In this document: positions 54,262-64,000 of the stretch, piece after piece
Layout: each line of letters opens with the position of its first letter
How positions within the stretch are numbered: the stretch's first letter is position 1
Sequence record: OW849299.1
Origin: a plasmid
Length of the DNA: 64,000 nucleotides
Direction: 5' to 3' (one strand)
Program-made: the position numbers and the translations under genes
The notes under the pieces: generated by a model
Told to the model about the DNA's origin: nothing
Database searches by the model: none
Seen by the model: the letters and a program-made list of their open reading frames with translations, nothing else

Positions 54262-57200
54262 TTTCTTTCTTTGAGGATGTGATCGAAGGTATCTCACGCA
54301 ATCTTACGTCAAATGACTCGTTAAAATACTGTGATTTGACAACGGTTGTAGGGCTTACGTCGCAGGATCGCGTTGAGCATCCTGAAATCAGGGCTCCGTA
54401 CATACTGACCACGAAGAACAACGATTTTCTTACCGTTATTGAGATTCAGGGCGCTAAATCATCGTTTGACGAGAAGTCGTTTAATGACTTCATCATGCAC
54501 CTTTCAAACTCGTTGTCGAATTCCTTTATTAACAGTGGCCATAAGCTGTCTGTGGTGTTTGAGCGCGACTTTACCAAGAACCAGGAAGAGCTGAATAATG
54601 TTTATAAACCGCAGGTAGCAGCAATAGAGCGCCTGCAGATAGACATTAAAGACCTGATCGCCGATGACGCAAAAAAAATCGCTGCCCATTACAGCCGTGA
54701 ACGCGCTTACATCGTGCTGTATACCTCGAAGGGGATGATTGCGAAGGATGAACTTAAAAACGAGCAGGCAAAAGCTGCCGGCGTTATGAAGGATATCCCG
54801 CAGACTCGCTTCAGTCAGAACCCAATCGAATTTCAGCTTGAAGGTTTGAAGATCACGCATGACGCGATGCTTTGGCGGCTGATTGGTATGCTTCAGGGGG
54901 ATGATGAGTCGGGGATGGGGCTTCTGGTTGATGTCCTCGATGTCAAACACGCCGGCGCAATGATGCGTCAGATGCTGTTCCGGAACTCAACATCAGAAAA
55001 CTGGTACCCTCGCACGCCGTTTGACCAAAATCTGCGAGTCTATGGCGCTCCACGGAAAGGCAATATCGACTCAGTGCTGCCGCCGCGGCTGAATATCCAG
55101 ATCATGGAAGGGGAACTGGAAGAAGATGGTGGCCTGATTTACTGCGATGGCAAGTATTACGGTTCTGTTGCCCTTGAGTTGCCACCACTTCACCCTGTCA
55201 AATTTAAGCAGTTATTCAACGCGATTAACCGGAAAATCCCGTACCGGATAAAATATGACTTTATGGGCGGGGGCAAAAAAGCATTGTTCTGGCCATCAGT
55301 GATCGTCTCTTTCCTTCGTTTCATTCCCTCACTCGGTACTATCGCGCGTGATATGGATTATGTCGGGGCCCAGAGCGAAACCGATCCAACGGCTATCATG
55401 GCCATCAACTTTGCCACCTGGGGTGACACTAAGGATGAAGCCAAACGCAACCTGGCGGCTTTAACTAAGGCGATTGAAGGCTGGGGTGTATCAGGTGTGT
55501 CCAAGACATATGGCAATCCAGGTAGCGCACTGATTGCATCCGTTCCGGGGCTGACGACGGCCACACCTGGCTCATTGCATTATCCGCCGTTGAGTGAAGG
55601 CTTGCGGATGTTACCTTTTGAACGTCCGGCCAGTCCCTGGCATGGTAAAGGCAATATCAACTTCATCACGCTCGATGGCAAGCTGTTCCCCTATCAAATC
55701 GCCAGTCCCCTGCAGGAGAAATTTACCGATGTCATCACCGGTGTTCCAGGTTCCGGTAAAAGCGTGCTGGCCAACCGCCTTAACCTGAGTTCGATTTACC
55801 GGGCTGATAAAAAACTGCCTTATCTGACTATCATTGATAAGGGCTACAGTGCAAAAGGTATCGCCGATCTGATTAGCGCTGAGCTGCCGTCAGAGAAACG
55901 TCACCAGATTGCCAGTATCACCCTGAACAATGACGAATCGCACTGTATTAACATCTGCGATACGCAGTTAGGTTCAAGGTATCTGACGCAGTTTGAGGAA
56001 GTATTCTTAAAGCAGATGCTTAACGCATTCTGTATTGATCCGGCAATTGGCCAGCCGCCAGATGCAATGAGCGTTGGCCAAATCGTCAGTAAGGTTGTAT
56101 CAAACGTATACAAAGCAAAAGCGCATTCAAGTGCTAACTTGTTTAAGTATAACGACCCGGTGATTAATGAAGCTCTGAAAGAATCAGGTCTGGATAAAGA
56201 GCTCGGTGAAGACTGGTTTGAAAGAGCTACATGGTGGGAAGTCGTTGATAAGCTGTTTGCCAAAAAATATCTTCATGCTGCGACGGTTGCTCAGCGTTAT
56301 GCTGTGCCAACTATTCACGATTTTATTGCTGAACTACAAACTGAATCATTTAAAAACCAATACGCTGACGTAAAAGTTAATGGGAGTGAGCCTGTAGTAG
56401 GCTTCGTTGCACGTTGTTTCCAGGCTGCAGCAGCTGAGTATGCCATTTTCTCTGGGATCACGGTTTATGATTTCAGCCCGGAGACTCGCATTGCGATCCT
56501 GGATATGCAAAACGTCCTCGGTGACAGAACGACACCTGCAGGTAAGCTCAAGTCCGGCATTATGTATCTTTTTGCGCGCCAGATGGCTGTGCGTAACTAC
56601 TACCTGCCTCAGTCCGCAGAAACCTTCATTCCTGCTTTACCGGAGCAGTACAGGGCATATCACCAGGCGCGCATCAGGGAGCTTTCAGAAGAAGTTAAAC
56701 ATACCTTTTATGATGAGTGTCATAACTTTGCCGGCATCGACTTTATCCAAAATGCGCTGAATACCGCTGACCTTGAAGATCGTAAATTCAACGTCCGTAC
56801 TGCGTTCTCGTCTCAGTATCTGAGCCATATGCCTTCGAGTGTGCTTAAAACCATGAACAGCCTGTTTATGATGCGCCTGACGGAAGGGGATGAAGAGTAT
56901 CTGAAGCAATTAGAGATCAACATCCCGGCCGATATCCTGCGTCGTTTCAGACAGCTTCCGCAAGGGGTTTATCCGGACGGAAGTGGTACTGCATTCCTCG
57001 GTATTTTTAAAACAAAACGTGGTCTTATTTGCCACATTCTGAAAAACACATTAGGTCCAAAACTGCTTTGGGCTTTGAACTCATCTGCAAAAGACAGAGC
57101 GCTCAGAGATGTGCTTTATGAAGAGCTTGGAACGAAAAAAGCAAGGGAAGAATTAGCAAATAGATTCCCTATGGGAAGTGCATCAAGTATCATTGATGAA

Positions 57201-57308
57201 ATGGTGGTCAATCAGGGTGGTGAGCGTGATTCTGAAGAAGAATCACAAACTATGGCGATGAAGCTCGCTAAAGAAATCATTTCTGATGTGAGAAGGGGAT
57301 TCAGATGA
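54258..57308 (+). CDS. traU: TraU (DotO/IcmB, VirB4-like ATPase)
   Basis: 1016 aa; Walker A GVPGSGKS. Confidence 0.85.
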   Translation: MISFFEDVIEGISRNLTSNDSLKYCDLTTVVGLTSQDRVEHPEIRAPYILTTKNNDFLTVIEIQGAKSSFDEKSFNDFIMHLSNSLSNSFINSGHKLSVVFERDFTKNQEELNNVYKPQVAAIERLQIDIKDLIADDAKKIAAHYSRERAYIVLYTSKGMIAKDELKNEQAKAAGVMKDIPQTRFSQNPIEFQLEGLKITHDAMLWRLIGMLQGDDESGMGLLVDVLDVKHAGAMMRQMLFRNSTSENWYPRTPFDQNLRVYGAPRKGNIDSVLPPRLNIQIMEGELEEDGGLIYCDGKYYGSVALELPPLHPVKFKQLFNAINRKIPYRIKYDFMGGGKKALFWPSVIVSFLRFIPSLGTIARDMDYVGAQSETDPTAIMAINFATWGDTKDEAKRNLAALTKAIEGWGVSGVSKTYGNPGSALIASVPGLTTATPGSLHYPPLSEGLRMLPFERPASPWHGKGNINFITLDGKLFPYQIASPLQEKFTDVITGVPGSGKSVLANRLNLSSIYRADKKLPYLTIIDKGYSAKGIADLISAELPSEKRHQIASITLNNDESHCINICDTQLGSRYLTQFEEVFLKQMLNAFCIDPAIGQPPDAMSVGQIVSKVVSNVYKAKAHSSANLFKYNDPVINEALKESGLDKELGEDWFERATWWEVVDKLFAKKYLHAATVAQRYAVPTIHDFIAELQTESFKNQYADVKVNGSEPVVGFVARCFQAAAAEYAIFSGITVYDFSPETRIAILDMQNVLGDRTTPAGKLKSGIMYLFARQMAVRNYYLPQSAETFIPALPEQYRAYHQARIRELSEEVKHTFYDECHNFAGIDFIQNALNTADLEDRKFNVRTAFSSQYLSHMPSSVLKTMNSLFMMRLTEGDEEYLKQLEINIPADILRRFRQLPQGVYPDGSGTAFLGIFKTKRGLICHILKNTLGPKLLWALNSSAKDRALRDVLYEELGTKKAREELANRFPMGSASSIIDEMVVNQGGERDSEEESQTMAMKLAKEIISDVRRGFR

Positions 57309-58513
57309 TAAAAATCGGAAAAGCAAAACGGTCAGTGATGGCCGTTTCAATTCTGGCCTTCAGCGTACAGTCAGCATTTGCCTATACGGTCAACGTTAAC
57401 AGCAGCATTCCCATCTCAACGCAGGTTATGCCGGCGTTGAGCACAGCTAATGGCCTGTTAGGTAATATCCAGGCCACGCTGATTAACATTGGTACGGCAA
57501 TCAGCCAGCAGGGCGATCGCCAGGCAGCATTAATGCAGCAGGTGGCTGAAACTAACCGACAGTTCGAAGTCGAGCAAAAACGTAATGACCGGCTGCTGCA
57601 GGCACAGGATAAGTACCGTGTTCCGGATGATATATGTGCGCAGTCTATTGGCGGTGGCGCCGCGGGGGTATCCTCTGCGGCCGCTGGCGGTCAGCGAACG
57701 CTGGGAAGCGCCAGTTCTGCGAAAGATGTTAAGGCTATTTTTGAAGTGCCGGCACGCGCAACCGACGTGGATGCATCTTCAACGGCCGAAGTTCACAGCC
57801 AGTACTGCGACAGTTCGGATTATGCTGCATTTGGCGGGACTTCATTCTGCCCAAGTGTATCTGACATGCCGCGGGCAGATACGTCGCTGAGCTCGTTGCT
57901 TTATGGCGCCGGCAAAGAAGGCAAGGCACCTGATCTGACGTTTACAGATGAGCAGACAGATGCGGCGCTGCGCTATATGAAAAATACCGCGTTGCGCAGT
58001 GCTGGTCGTCAGCTGAGTCGTGGGGAAGTTAAAGGCGCCAGCGGGCGAATTTACCTGGGCATGATTCAGCAATACCAGGCGCTCACCGACGCGGCCGCAC
58101 AACCTCAGATGGAAATGATCGCCAACTCTAAACCGAACCCGGCCACTGATGCCGCGCTTGCAGATGCGCGCAAAGTGCCGGAAGTCGAATCCTATTTCCA
58201 GGCGACGGCCAGTAACAGGGCGAAACAGCTTAACCGTATGTCTGCCAGAGAGTTTGAGGAATTCGAAGTAGGTCGCCGTTACAGCAACCCTGCTTACCAG
58301 GCGACGTTGACCAACAAGAACACCGAAGATTTGATGCGTGAGCAAATCAATATCGCCAATCTGAACAACTGGTTAGTGTTGAAAACCAAACAGCAGCTGG
58401 AGAAACAAAATGTGCTGCTTGGCCAGATCCTGGCGAACGACGCATATCAAACATACAAACCGATGCTGGCAGCACAGCTGGAGAGTGTGAACGCGGGAGT
58501 ATCCAGAAAATGA
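57305..58513 (+). CDS. traW: TraW (T4SS lipoprotein/periplasmic component)
   Basis: 402 aa; signal peptide; ATGA coupling. Confidence 0.6.
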   Translation: MIKIGKAKRSVMAVSILAFSVQSAFAYTVNVNSSIPISTQVMPALSTANGLLGNIQATLINIGTAISQQGDRQAALMQQVAETNRQFEVEQKRNDRLLQAQDKYRVPDDICAQSIGGGAAGVSSAAAGGQRTLGSASSAKDVKAIFEVPARATDVDASSTAEVHSQYCDSSDYAAFGGTSFCPSVSDMPRADTSLSSLLYGAGKEGKAPDLTFTDEQTDAALRYMKNTALRSAGRQLSRGEVKGASGRIYLGMIQQYQALTDAAAQPQMEMIANSKPNPATDAALADARKVPEVESYFQATASNRAKQLNRMSAREFEEFEVGRRYSNPAYQATLTNKNTEDLMREQINIANLNNWLVLKTKQQLEKQNVLLGQILANDAYQTYKPMLAAQLESVNAGVSRK

Positions 58514-59106
58514 CAGACGAAAATAAAACAGGGGAAGAAGTTACAAAATCCCCCGGCCGCATGAAAAAAGCGGTTTATCATATTACCGGAATTAGTGATA
58601 TTCAGTTTATGTGGAAATCACTAAGGGAATCTATCAGCCTGCTCAATGAGCGGGCTTCTTTCGTTAAGAAGCAAATCAAAAATTTGGAAGCTCCGGACGA
58701 AAAATCAGCTTCGAATCAGTCGTTTGAGGATGTTGTTAAAAAGAGTTCTATCCCCTTAGAACAGCATCTAGCTAAAGCCGGTAAGTATAAAAAATATTGG
58801 TTATGTTGCTTCTTTATAGCTGTTTTTGTTGCCCTGTTTTTAATCGCTGGCTGTGTAAAATTGATTGTTAATACTGAATACAATGTAAGCCTTCTGAAGG
58901 TGACATTAACACTTGGTTTAATGTTTGCTGTTTGTATCTACTCGTTCGTAAAAGCAATGACTTATGAATTTTTAGGTTGGCAATTACGCAATGAGGCCCA
59001 TTCTGAAGAAGAATTCGGTACATTGAGACATTTTATTAACGATAACGGTGTGCGCAATACATTTAATTTTGAACAAGCTGGCCAGATTCGGGGGGCGCAT
59101 GAATAA
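58510..59106 (+). CDS. traX: TraX (membrane protein)
   Basis: 198 aa; TM helices. Confidence 0.55.
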   Translation: MTDENKTGEEVTKSPGRMKKAVYHITGISDIQFMWKSLRESISLLNERASFVKKQIKNLEAPDEKSASNQSFEDVVKKSSIPLEQHLAKAGKYKKYWLCCFFIAVFVALFLIAGCVKLIVNTEYNVSLLKVTLTLGLMFAVCIYSFVKAMTYEFLGWQLRNEAHSEEEFGTLRHFINDNGVRNTFNFEQAGQIRGAHE

Positions 59107-61294
59107 GTCAAGAAACTCATTGGTCGCATTGTTGCCGCTATCGCTTTTCATTACCCCGGCATATTCTGCAGATCTGGGAATTGATAGTATTACAGAGGCT
59201 GCTAAACGGTCTGGTGATTTGTCACGTCAGATGCTGCATACCGTTTTTGGTGAAGTGGTAAATAATCCTTTCAGTCCGTCAGGTGATGGGTTGTTAAATA
59301 ACGTATTTTTCACAGTGAATGAGGTTATCGCCATATTAGCGCTGATTTATATGGCGATAATCAGTATTAAAAAACTACATCAGGCAGGGCAACTTGGGAA
59401 GTTTATAGAGGGTGATGGGAATAATGCCTTCAATTTTGTTAAAACAACATTCGGCTGGCTCCTTTTGGTTCCAACTGTTGTTGGATGGTCCGTTGCACAA
59501 CTGCTCTTCCTGTGGTGTGGGTCAATCATAGGTGTAGGTTCTGCCAATGTTATTGCAGATAAAACAGCGTCGGAACTAGCGAGTGGCAAAGCTGTTTATA
59601 TAACGCCAGTTATGCCAGAAATGGCTTCTGTGGCTAAAGGAATGTTCGAAATGAACTTGTGCGCTCTTGGTGTCAATCAAGGGTTAGCTCAGATGGAGGC
59701 TTCAGGCCAACATTATGAAAGTAATAGCCAGATGAAGTTTAATACTGGTGATTCTAGTTACTCAATTTCAGTTGACAATGGTTCTGCTGTTTGTGGGACT
59801 GTTAAATTACCACAAAAACCTACAGGTTGGACTTCGGTATTCTCCAGTGGTTACGCTGATTCTGTTTATGCAGTTCAACAGCAGGCTACAGACTCGCTTT
59901 GGAGTAAGATGAAGAATACAGCAGAGCAATTTAACTCTGCTTATATGTCTAAAATGCGTTCCGGAGATGGGCAGCTGCCTGACGTTGAAACTGCAATTCA
60001 GACAGCAGCAAGAGATTACCAACAACAAGTACAGCAAGCTGCAGACAATGCTGCCGGAAGCAATGATATGCTCCAGAAAATGGAGTCGGATATAAAGGAA
60101 AAAGGCTGGCTATATCTTGGTATTTATTATCATACCCTGGCAACTGCTAACACTGAGCTGAAGGACGTTGCTAATCTGAAACCTATTGTATCAGGGATAA
60201 GTGGTGATGGTGATGTAGGTTCTACGGACTATTATAAAGGTCTGTTCCAGGCATATCATTCACAACTGAAAAACAGTACCTACACTCCCCCTTTAGGTAC
60301 TGCTGATAATGCTTTAGCTCAGAACATTGACAATAAAGGCATCGAAGAAGCGGCAAAAAGTGGTGATGCAGATTCGTTGATTACCAAAATTTTCAACTTT
60401 AATGTTACTTCATGGCTTGCCACTAGAAACTACGGCACTGGCGATGGATACAGCGATGTAACGAATCCCTTGTTGAAAATGAAAGCCATTGGTGATTACA
60501 CGATGTTTACTGCTGAGAGTGGTCTAGCTGCTTGGGGAGCTGTTAATGTCGCAATGAGTGTTGCAGATGGTAATAACGCTGCTGGAATGGGGGCGGGATT
60601 ACTTAATTTCTTCACTTCAGGTAAGGATATTATTAAGGGTGTAATTAAAACTGCGGCTCCGATCGTATACATGATTTTAGTCGCTCTGTTCTGTATAGGG
60701 TTAACGCTTTCAATTTGGCTTCCATTTGTGCCATTTATCTATTGGTTTGTCGCAATGGCGGATTGGTTAGTTACTTTGCTGACTGGTATCGTTGCATCTT
60801 CATTGTGGGCCGCTACCCATATTAACATTGGCCAAACTAATGAGGACCGGTCAACGTATGGATATATTTTCCTGATAGATGTGATGATTCGACCACTGTT
60901 GATGGTAATGGGGTTCATTTTTGCATCATTGGCCATTGTGGCTCTTGGCACCGCGCTTAACTATATTTTCAAAACAGCAATGGAAAATGTACAGGCAGAT
61001 TCAACAACTGGCCTTTGGTCAATGATAGGTATCCTTTTTGTCTATGCAAGGATGTGTACAGGTATGGTCGCTAGGGTATTTGCATTACCTGCAAGGATGC
61101 CTAACTACGTCATCAGCTGGATTGGTAACAAGCATAACGATTCAATTCTTGGTGATATGCAGAATCATGTTCACGACCTGTTTGCTGCATTTGGTCGTGG
61201 AGCTAAAAATACAGGTGGACGTCCTTCTGGGCCGAAGAACTTCAACCCAACCAATACGGTTGATAAAGACAAAGATGGTATAGCGGGGGCGTGA
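59099..61294 (+). CDS. traY: TraY (DotA-like polytopic inner-membrane protein)
   Basis: ATG 59099 (MNKSRNSLVALLPLSLFITPAYSA signal); ~730 aa with many TM segments. Confidence 0.75.
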   Translation: MNKSRNSLVALLPLSLFITPAYSADLGIDSITEAAKRSGDLSRQMLHTVFGEVVNNPFSPSGDGLLNNVFFTVNEVIAILALIYMAIISIKKLHQAGQLGKFIEGDGNNAFNFVKTTFGWLLLVPTVVGWSVAQLLFLWCGSIIGVGSANVIADKTASELASGKAVYITPVMPEMASVAKGMFEMNLCALGVNQGLAQMEASGQHYESNSQMKFNTGDSSYSISVDNGSAVCGTVKLPQKPTGWTSVFSSGYADSVYAVQQQATDSLWSKMKNTAEQFNSAYMSKMRSGDGQLPDVETAIQTAARDYQQQVQQAADNAAGSNDMLQKMESDIKEKGWLYLGIYYHTLATANTELKDVANLKPIVSGISGDGDVGSTDYYKGLFQAYHSQLKNSTYTPPLGTADNALAQNIDNKGIEEAAKSGDADSLITKIFNFNVTSWLATRNYGTGDGYSDVTNPLLKMKAIGDYTMFTAESGLAAWGAVNVAMSVADGNNAAGMGAGLLNFFTSGKDIIKGVIKTAAPIVYMILVALFCIGLTLSIWLPFVPFIYWFVAMADWLVTLLTGIVASSLWAATHINIGQTNEDRSTYGYIFLIDVMIRPLLMVMGFIFASLAIVALGTALNYIFKTAMENVQADSTTGLWSMIGILFVYARMCTGMVARVFALPARMPNYVISWIGNKHNDSILGDMQNHVHDLFAAFGRGAKNTGGRPSGPKNFNPTNTVDKDKDGIAGA

Positions 61295-61295
61295 T

Positions 61296-61949
61296 ATGAA
61301 AGGATATTCGTATACTGTTGTCGATAACAACATGGCTAAATCAAAAGGTGTTGGCTACTATCTGTCACGCCTGTCTGTAGCCATAAGTATAGTTATTTTA
61401 ACAATAAGTCTTCCGTTGACTGTATATTCTGGCTTTCTTACTTTAGGTGGAAGCCTGGCATTGGCGTGGTTTGTTGCTCTACTTGTTTTCGATGCCATGC
61501 TGATCACATATGTTGTACGCCAGGTAAAAAGTAAGGGAGTCAAAAAGGTCGTTGCAGGCATGAGAGTTTATGGATGCTTTAATCCATCGGCTAAAGAGGA
61601 ACAATACATGCCGGCTCAGAAAACATATTTTGGTATAGATATGGACTCCGGTGTTGTTGGTATTGCTGCCCTTTATGCTGTACAGGCCTCTATTAAGCAA
61701 AAGAGAATTTTGTTTGAGGCCGAGACAATTGAGTCTTGGGAGTATACTGATAGTAAACTTGTCGTAAATATTCGGAACCGACATGTGCCTACTGTTGAAA
61801 TAATCTTGCTCAATGCCGGCCTAGCATATCGCCAGCTGGAAATGTTAACCAGGATGCATGAGCAACATAAAAAATACAGGGGTGAAAAATATCTCCAGTG
61901 GCGAAAGACTATGCTTGATGAAGGTTGGATGCTACCACGAACGTATTGA
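61296..61949 (+). CDS. excA: Entry-exclusion protein ExcA
   Basis: 217 aa with TM helices, immediately after traY as in R64/IncL-M. Confidence 0.65.
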   Translation: MKGYSYTVVDNNMAKSKGVGYYLSRLSVAISIVILTISLPLTVYSGFLTLGGSLALAWFVALLVFDAMLITYVVRQVKSKGVKKVVAGMRVYGCFNPSAKEEQYMPAQKTYFGIDMDSGVVGIAALYAVQASIKQKRILFEAETIESWEYTDSKLVVNIRNRHVPTVEIILLNAGLAYRQLEMLTRMHEQHKKYRGEKYLQWRKTMLDEGWMLPRTY

Positions 61950-62027
61950 TGTTTACTTCCAAACCGCCTGAAAATGAAGTGAACCCCGAAAGTTGGACAT
62001 CCAACGATTAGGGGTTTTTGCGTTTCA

Positions 62028-62543
62028 ATGGGCAGAAAAAAATACTCATCTGAATTCAAGCAACAGGTCGTTCTCCACTATCTGTACAGCAGTGACGGAG
62101 CAAAGAAAACAGCCCGGTTGTTCGGTGTCGATCACGGAGCGGTCAGACGCTGGACTGAGCACTGGAAAGTGAATGGGATCGACGGTTTTACCATTCCTAC
62201 CAAGGCTTACTCTGCCGAGTTTAAAGAGTCTGTTGTGCTCTGGATGCAGCAACACAACAAATCATCCAGGAAAGCTGCTGCGGAGTTTCGTATCGCAACT
62301 GCCTGTACTGTCAGTAAATGGGAGCGTCTTTACCGTACAGGCGGTATTATTGCCTTACAGGATAAACCCAGAGGACGCCAGATGAAGTCAGGGAAGAACG
62401 AAACTTCAGATAAAGAACTTAATAATCCCCGTCCAGTGTTCCAGAGCGCGGAAGAAGAGCTTGAATACCTGCGTGCGGAGAATGCCTACCTAAAAAAGCT
62501 TCAAGCCTTGATTCGGGAAAAGCAGAGGACAAAGCAAAAATAA
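62028..62543 (+). CDS. IS3-family transposase OrfA (HTH)
   Basis: MGRKKYSSEFKQQVVLHY… pattern typical of IS150-group OrfA. Confidence 0.8.
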   Translation: MGRKKYSSEFKQQVVLHYLYSSDGAKKTARLFGVDHGAVRRWTEHWKVNGIDGFTIPTKAYSAEFKESVVLWMQQHNKSSRKAAAEFRIATACTVSKWERLYRTGGIIALQDKPRGRQMKSGKNETSDKELNNPRPVFQSAEEELEYLRAENAYLKKLQALIREKQRTKQK

Positions 62544-62551
62544 TTACCGAA

Positions 62552-63385
62552 TTGAGGCAAAACCATAACCTGAGAATGCTGCTTCATATAGCAGGATTAC
62601 CTCGTAGCACGTACTACTGGCACATTAAGGCCGATGGACGTGGAGAGCGCTATGAGGGCGAACAGCAAAGAATAGCCGCACTGTTTCATTATCATAAAGG
62701 ACGGTATGGTTACCGCCGCATTACCCTGGCGTTGCGTAATGAAGGTTATGGCATTAATCATAAAACAGTACGAAAACTGATGCGTAAGATGGGGCTGGCC
62801 TCATGCCTGAGAAGCAAAAAGTATCAGTCATACAAAGGTACCTACGGTAAAGTAGCGCCAAATACCCTTGCACGTGATTTTCAGGCCAGCAGTCCAAACC
62901 AGAAATGGGTCACGGATGTGACAGAGTTCAACGTAAAAGGGACAAAGCTGTACTTGTCACCAGTGCTTGATCTGTATAACAGCGAGATAATCGCCTGGAA
63001 TATGACGACGCATCCGGGAATAAGTCTGGTCGAAAACATGCTCAGCAAAGCCGTTAAGAGGCTGAAACCGGGTGACAGACCGGTACTGCACTCTGATCAG
63101 GGCTGGCAGTATCAAATGGCAAGGTACCAGGAGAAACTTAAAGCTAAAGGAATAGAGCAAAGCATGTCGCGCAAAGGGAACTGTCTGGACAATGCTGTGA
63201 TAGAAAATTTTTTTGGACTGCTGAAAACAGAATGTTGGTACCACGAAGAGTTTGAAAATACAGACCATCTACGAAAAACGGTGGAAGAGTATATCCACTA
63301 CTACAACAACGAACGAATCAAGCTAAAACTAAACGGCCTGAGTCCGGTACAATACCGAACTCAGGCCATGTCAGCCGCCAGTTAA
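62552..63385 (+). CDS. IS3-family transposase OrfB (DDE integrase; expressed as an OrfAB fusion by -1 frameshift)
   Basis: DDE rve domain (…HSDQGWQY…ESFF…); -1 frame relative to orfA. Confidence 0.8.
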   Translation: MRQNHNLRMLLHIAGLPRSTYYWHIKADGRGERYEGEQQRIAALFHYHKGRYGYRRITLALRNEGYGINHKTVRKLMRKMGLASCLRSKKYQSYKGTYGKVAPNTLARDFQASSPNQKWVTDVTEFNVKGTKLYLSPVLDLYNSEIIAWNMTTHPGISLVENMLSKAVKRLKPGDRPVLHSDQGWQYQMARYQEKLKAKGIEQSMSRKGNCLDNAVIENFFGLLKTECWYHEEFENTDHLRKTVEEYIHYYNNERIKLKLNGLSPVQYRTQAMSAAS

Positions 63386-63474
63386 GAAAGTGTCCAATAT
63401 ATGGGGTTCACTTCAAAAAGGCGGTTTTTTCATGTATACTCAGGTGGTTATAGTCGTATGCTGTGGGAGGAAGA

Positions 63475-63705
63475 GTGAACAGAGTTACTGAGCGCCAGGA
63501 ACAGAAGAGTAACCCGGAGTTCCAGAGAGAGTACCGGAACCGTATCCGGGAAACACACGACCAGTTAAACCTTTATCTCCCCAAAGATGCAAAAAGAATG
63601 TTGATAGAGATCACAAAAGTAAAAAAACTCACTCAGGCTGAAGTCATTGAATTTCTTGTCAAAAGCTATTACGACGGATTGAAATTTGACGATTCTGAAG
63701 AGTGA
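63475..63705 (+). CDS. Small RHH-like regulatory protein (76 aa, GTG start); possibly the RepC-type regulator of the IncL/M replicon
   Basis: SD GGAGGA before GTG; …LPKDAKRMLIEITKVKKLTQAEVIEFLVKSY… CopG/RHH-like. Confidence 0.35.
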   Translation: MNRVTERQEQKSNPEFQREYRNRIRETHDQLNLYLPKDAKRMLIEITKVKKLTQAEVIEFLVKSYYDGLKFDDSEE

Positions 63706-63856
63706 TCTTACTATGTAAAAGCGGGTTCGCAGGTATTGCCCCGCTTAGAAACGCATGATATGTTAAGCGGCGTTTACATAACCTTACGGGGTTATTACTG
63801 AATTTAGCACGGGAAGAGCGGCCCGGAGATGTACCGCTTAGGAGTGGCAGGAGCCA

Positions 63857-63913
63857 CAAAAAGTAAAACCCCCTGATCCCTGTTGGAAACTTTGGCCGGT
63901 CTCTCAGGAATCA
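63857..63913. ncRNA. Long stem-loop (CCCCCTGAT…ATCAGGGGG) with a TTGGCC loop; candidate antisense-RNA (inc RNA) / repA leader structure
   Basis: 9-bp perfect stem enclosing a ~30-nt structured loop that contains a near-match to the UUGGCG hexamer of IncB/I/L-M copy-control RNAs; it sits where the repA control region is expected. Confidence 0.3.
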
Positions 63914-64000
63914 GGGGGTGCAAACTGCCCACTGGCAGAAAGGATTATAGCAAATGCGTAACCTATTGCAATACAGCCCGGCCAATATGTGCAGGGGCTG

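Larger units (their letters stand above)
61950..63433 (+). mobile_element. IS3-family insertion sequence (IS150 group), ~1.48 kb
   Basis: Imperfect terminal IRs TG-N10-AAACCGCC…GAAGTGAACCCC…TTGGACA at both ends; orfA/orfB with an A6G slippery site (62494-62500) for the -1 frameshift. Confidence 0.75.

Noticed and set aside
1-64000. tRNA, rRNA and CRISPR arrays
   Set aside because: No cloverleaf-compatible ~75-nt segments with conserved tRNA features, no rRNA-like sequence and no CRISPR repeat-spacer structure were seen.

Overview
The window looks like almost the whole backbone of an IncL (pOXA-48-like) conjugative plasmid of Enterobacterales. Only the repA gene itself appears to be missing, between the window end and the window start. 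Identification is from recalled family similarity of the translated ORFs and motif reading; no database search was run.

Left to right:
- A putative oriV-proximal region with DnaA-box motifs.
- An I-type T4SS trb block on the minus strand: trbC, trbB (CxxC), trbA and the lytic transglycosylase trbN.
- The transfer-inhibition gene tir, split by Tn1999.2. The transposon is IS1999 (itself interrupted by IS1, 9-bp TSD) - blaOXA-48 - lysR - IS1999, with a 9-bp TSD (TGCTGAACG) in tir.
- pemIK, then mucAB.
- A high-GC block of unknown genes at about 15.6-20 kb.
- A five-gene operon holding an XRE regulator and a membrane-anchored Mrr-like nuclease.
- A resD-like recombinase, parMR (stbAB) and a PLD-family nuclease.
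- A roughly 12-kb leading region (26.0-38.1 kb) of about 25 small co-oriented genes. These include tandem HTH, radC-like, korC-like, klcA/ardB, ssb, an Hha-like gene and a DGQHR/DndB-like gene split by a second IS1.
- An oriT candidate, nikA/nikB, and the tra operon traHIJK - pri - traLMNOPQRU WXY - excA, with an opposite-strand hns-like/hha-like pair between traL and traM.
- An IS3-family element, and what looks like the rep control region (RHH protein plus an antisense-RNA-like stem-loop).

The most striking unexplained structure is in the leading region. Nine near-identical copies of a strong sigma70-type promoter (TTGATT-18-TATAAT) with an embedded imperfect palindrome ATTAGACGTATAAT sit in front of small genes. 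Ten copies of a conserved 5' leader (two hairpins immediately before AGGAG) accompany them, some copies without the promoter. Together they organise at least 12 small genes into what looks like one co-regulated early-establishment / anti-defence regulon. A separate RK2 KorC-operator-like 7-3-7 palindrome sits in the radC-korC promoter.
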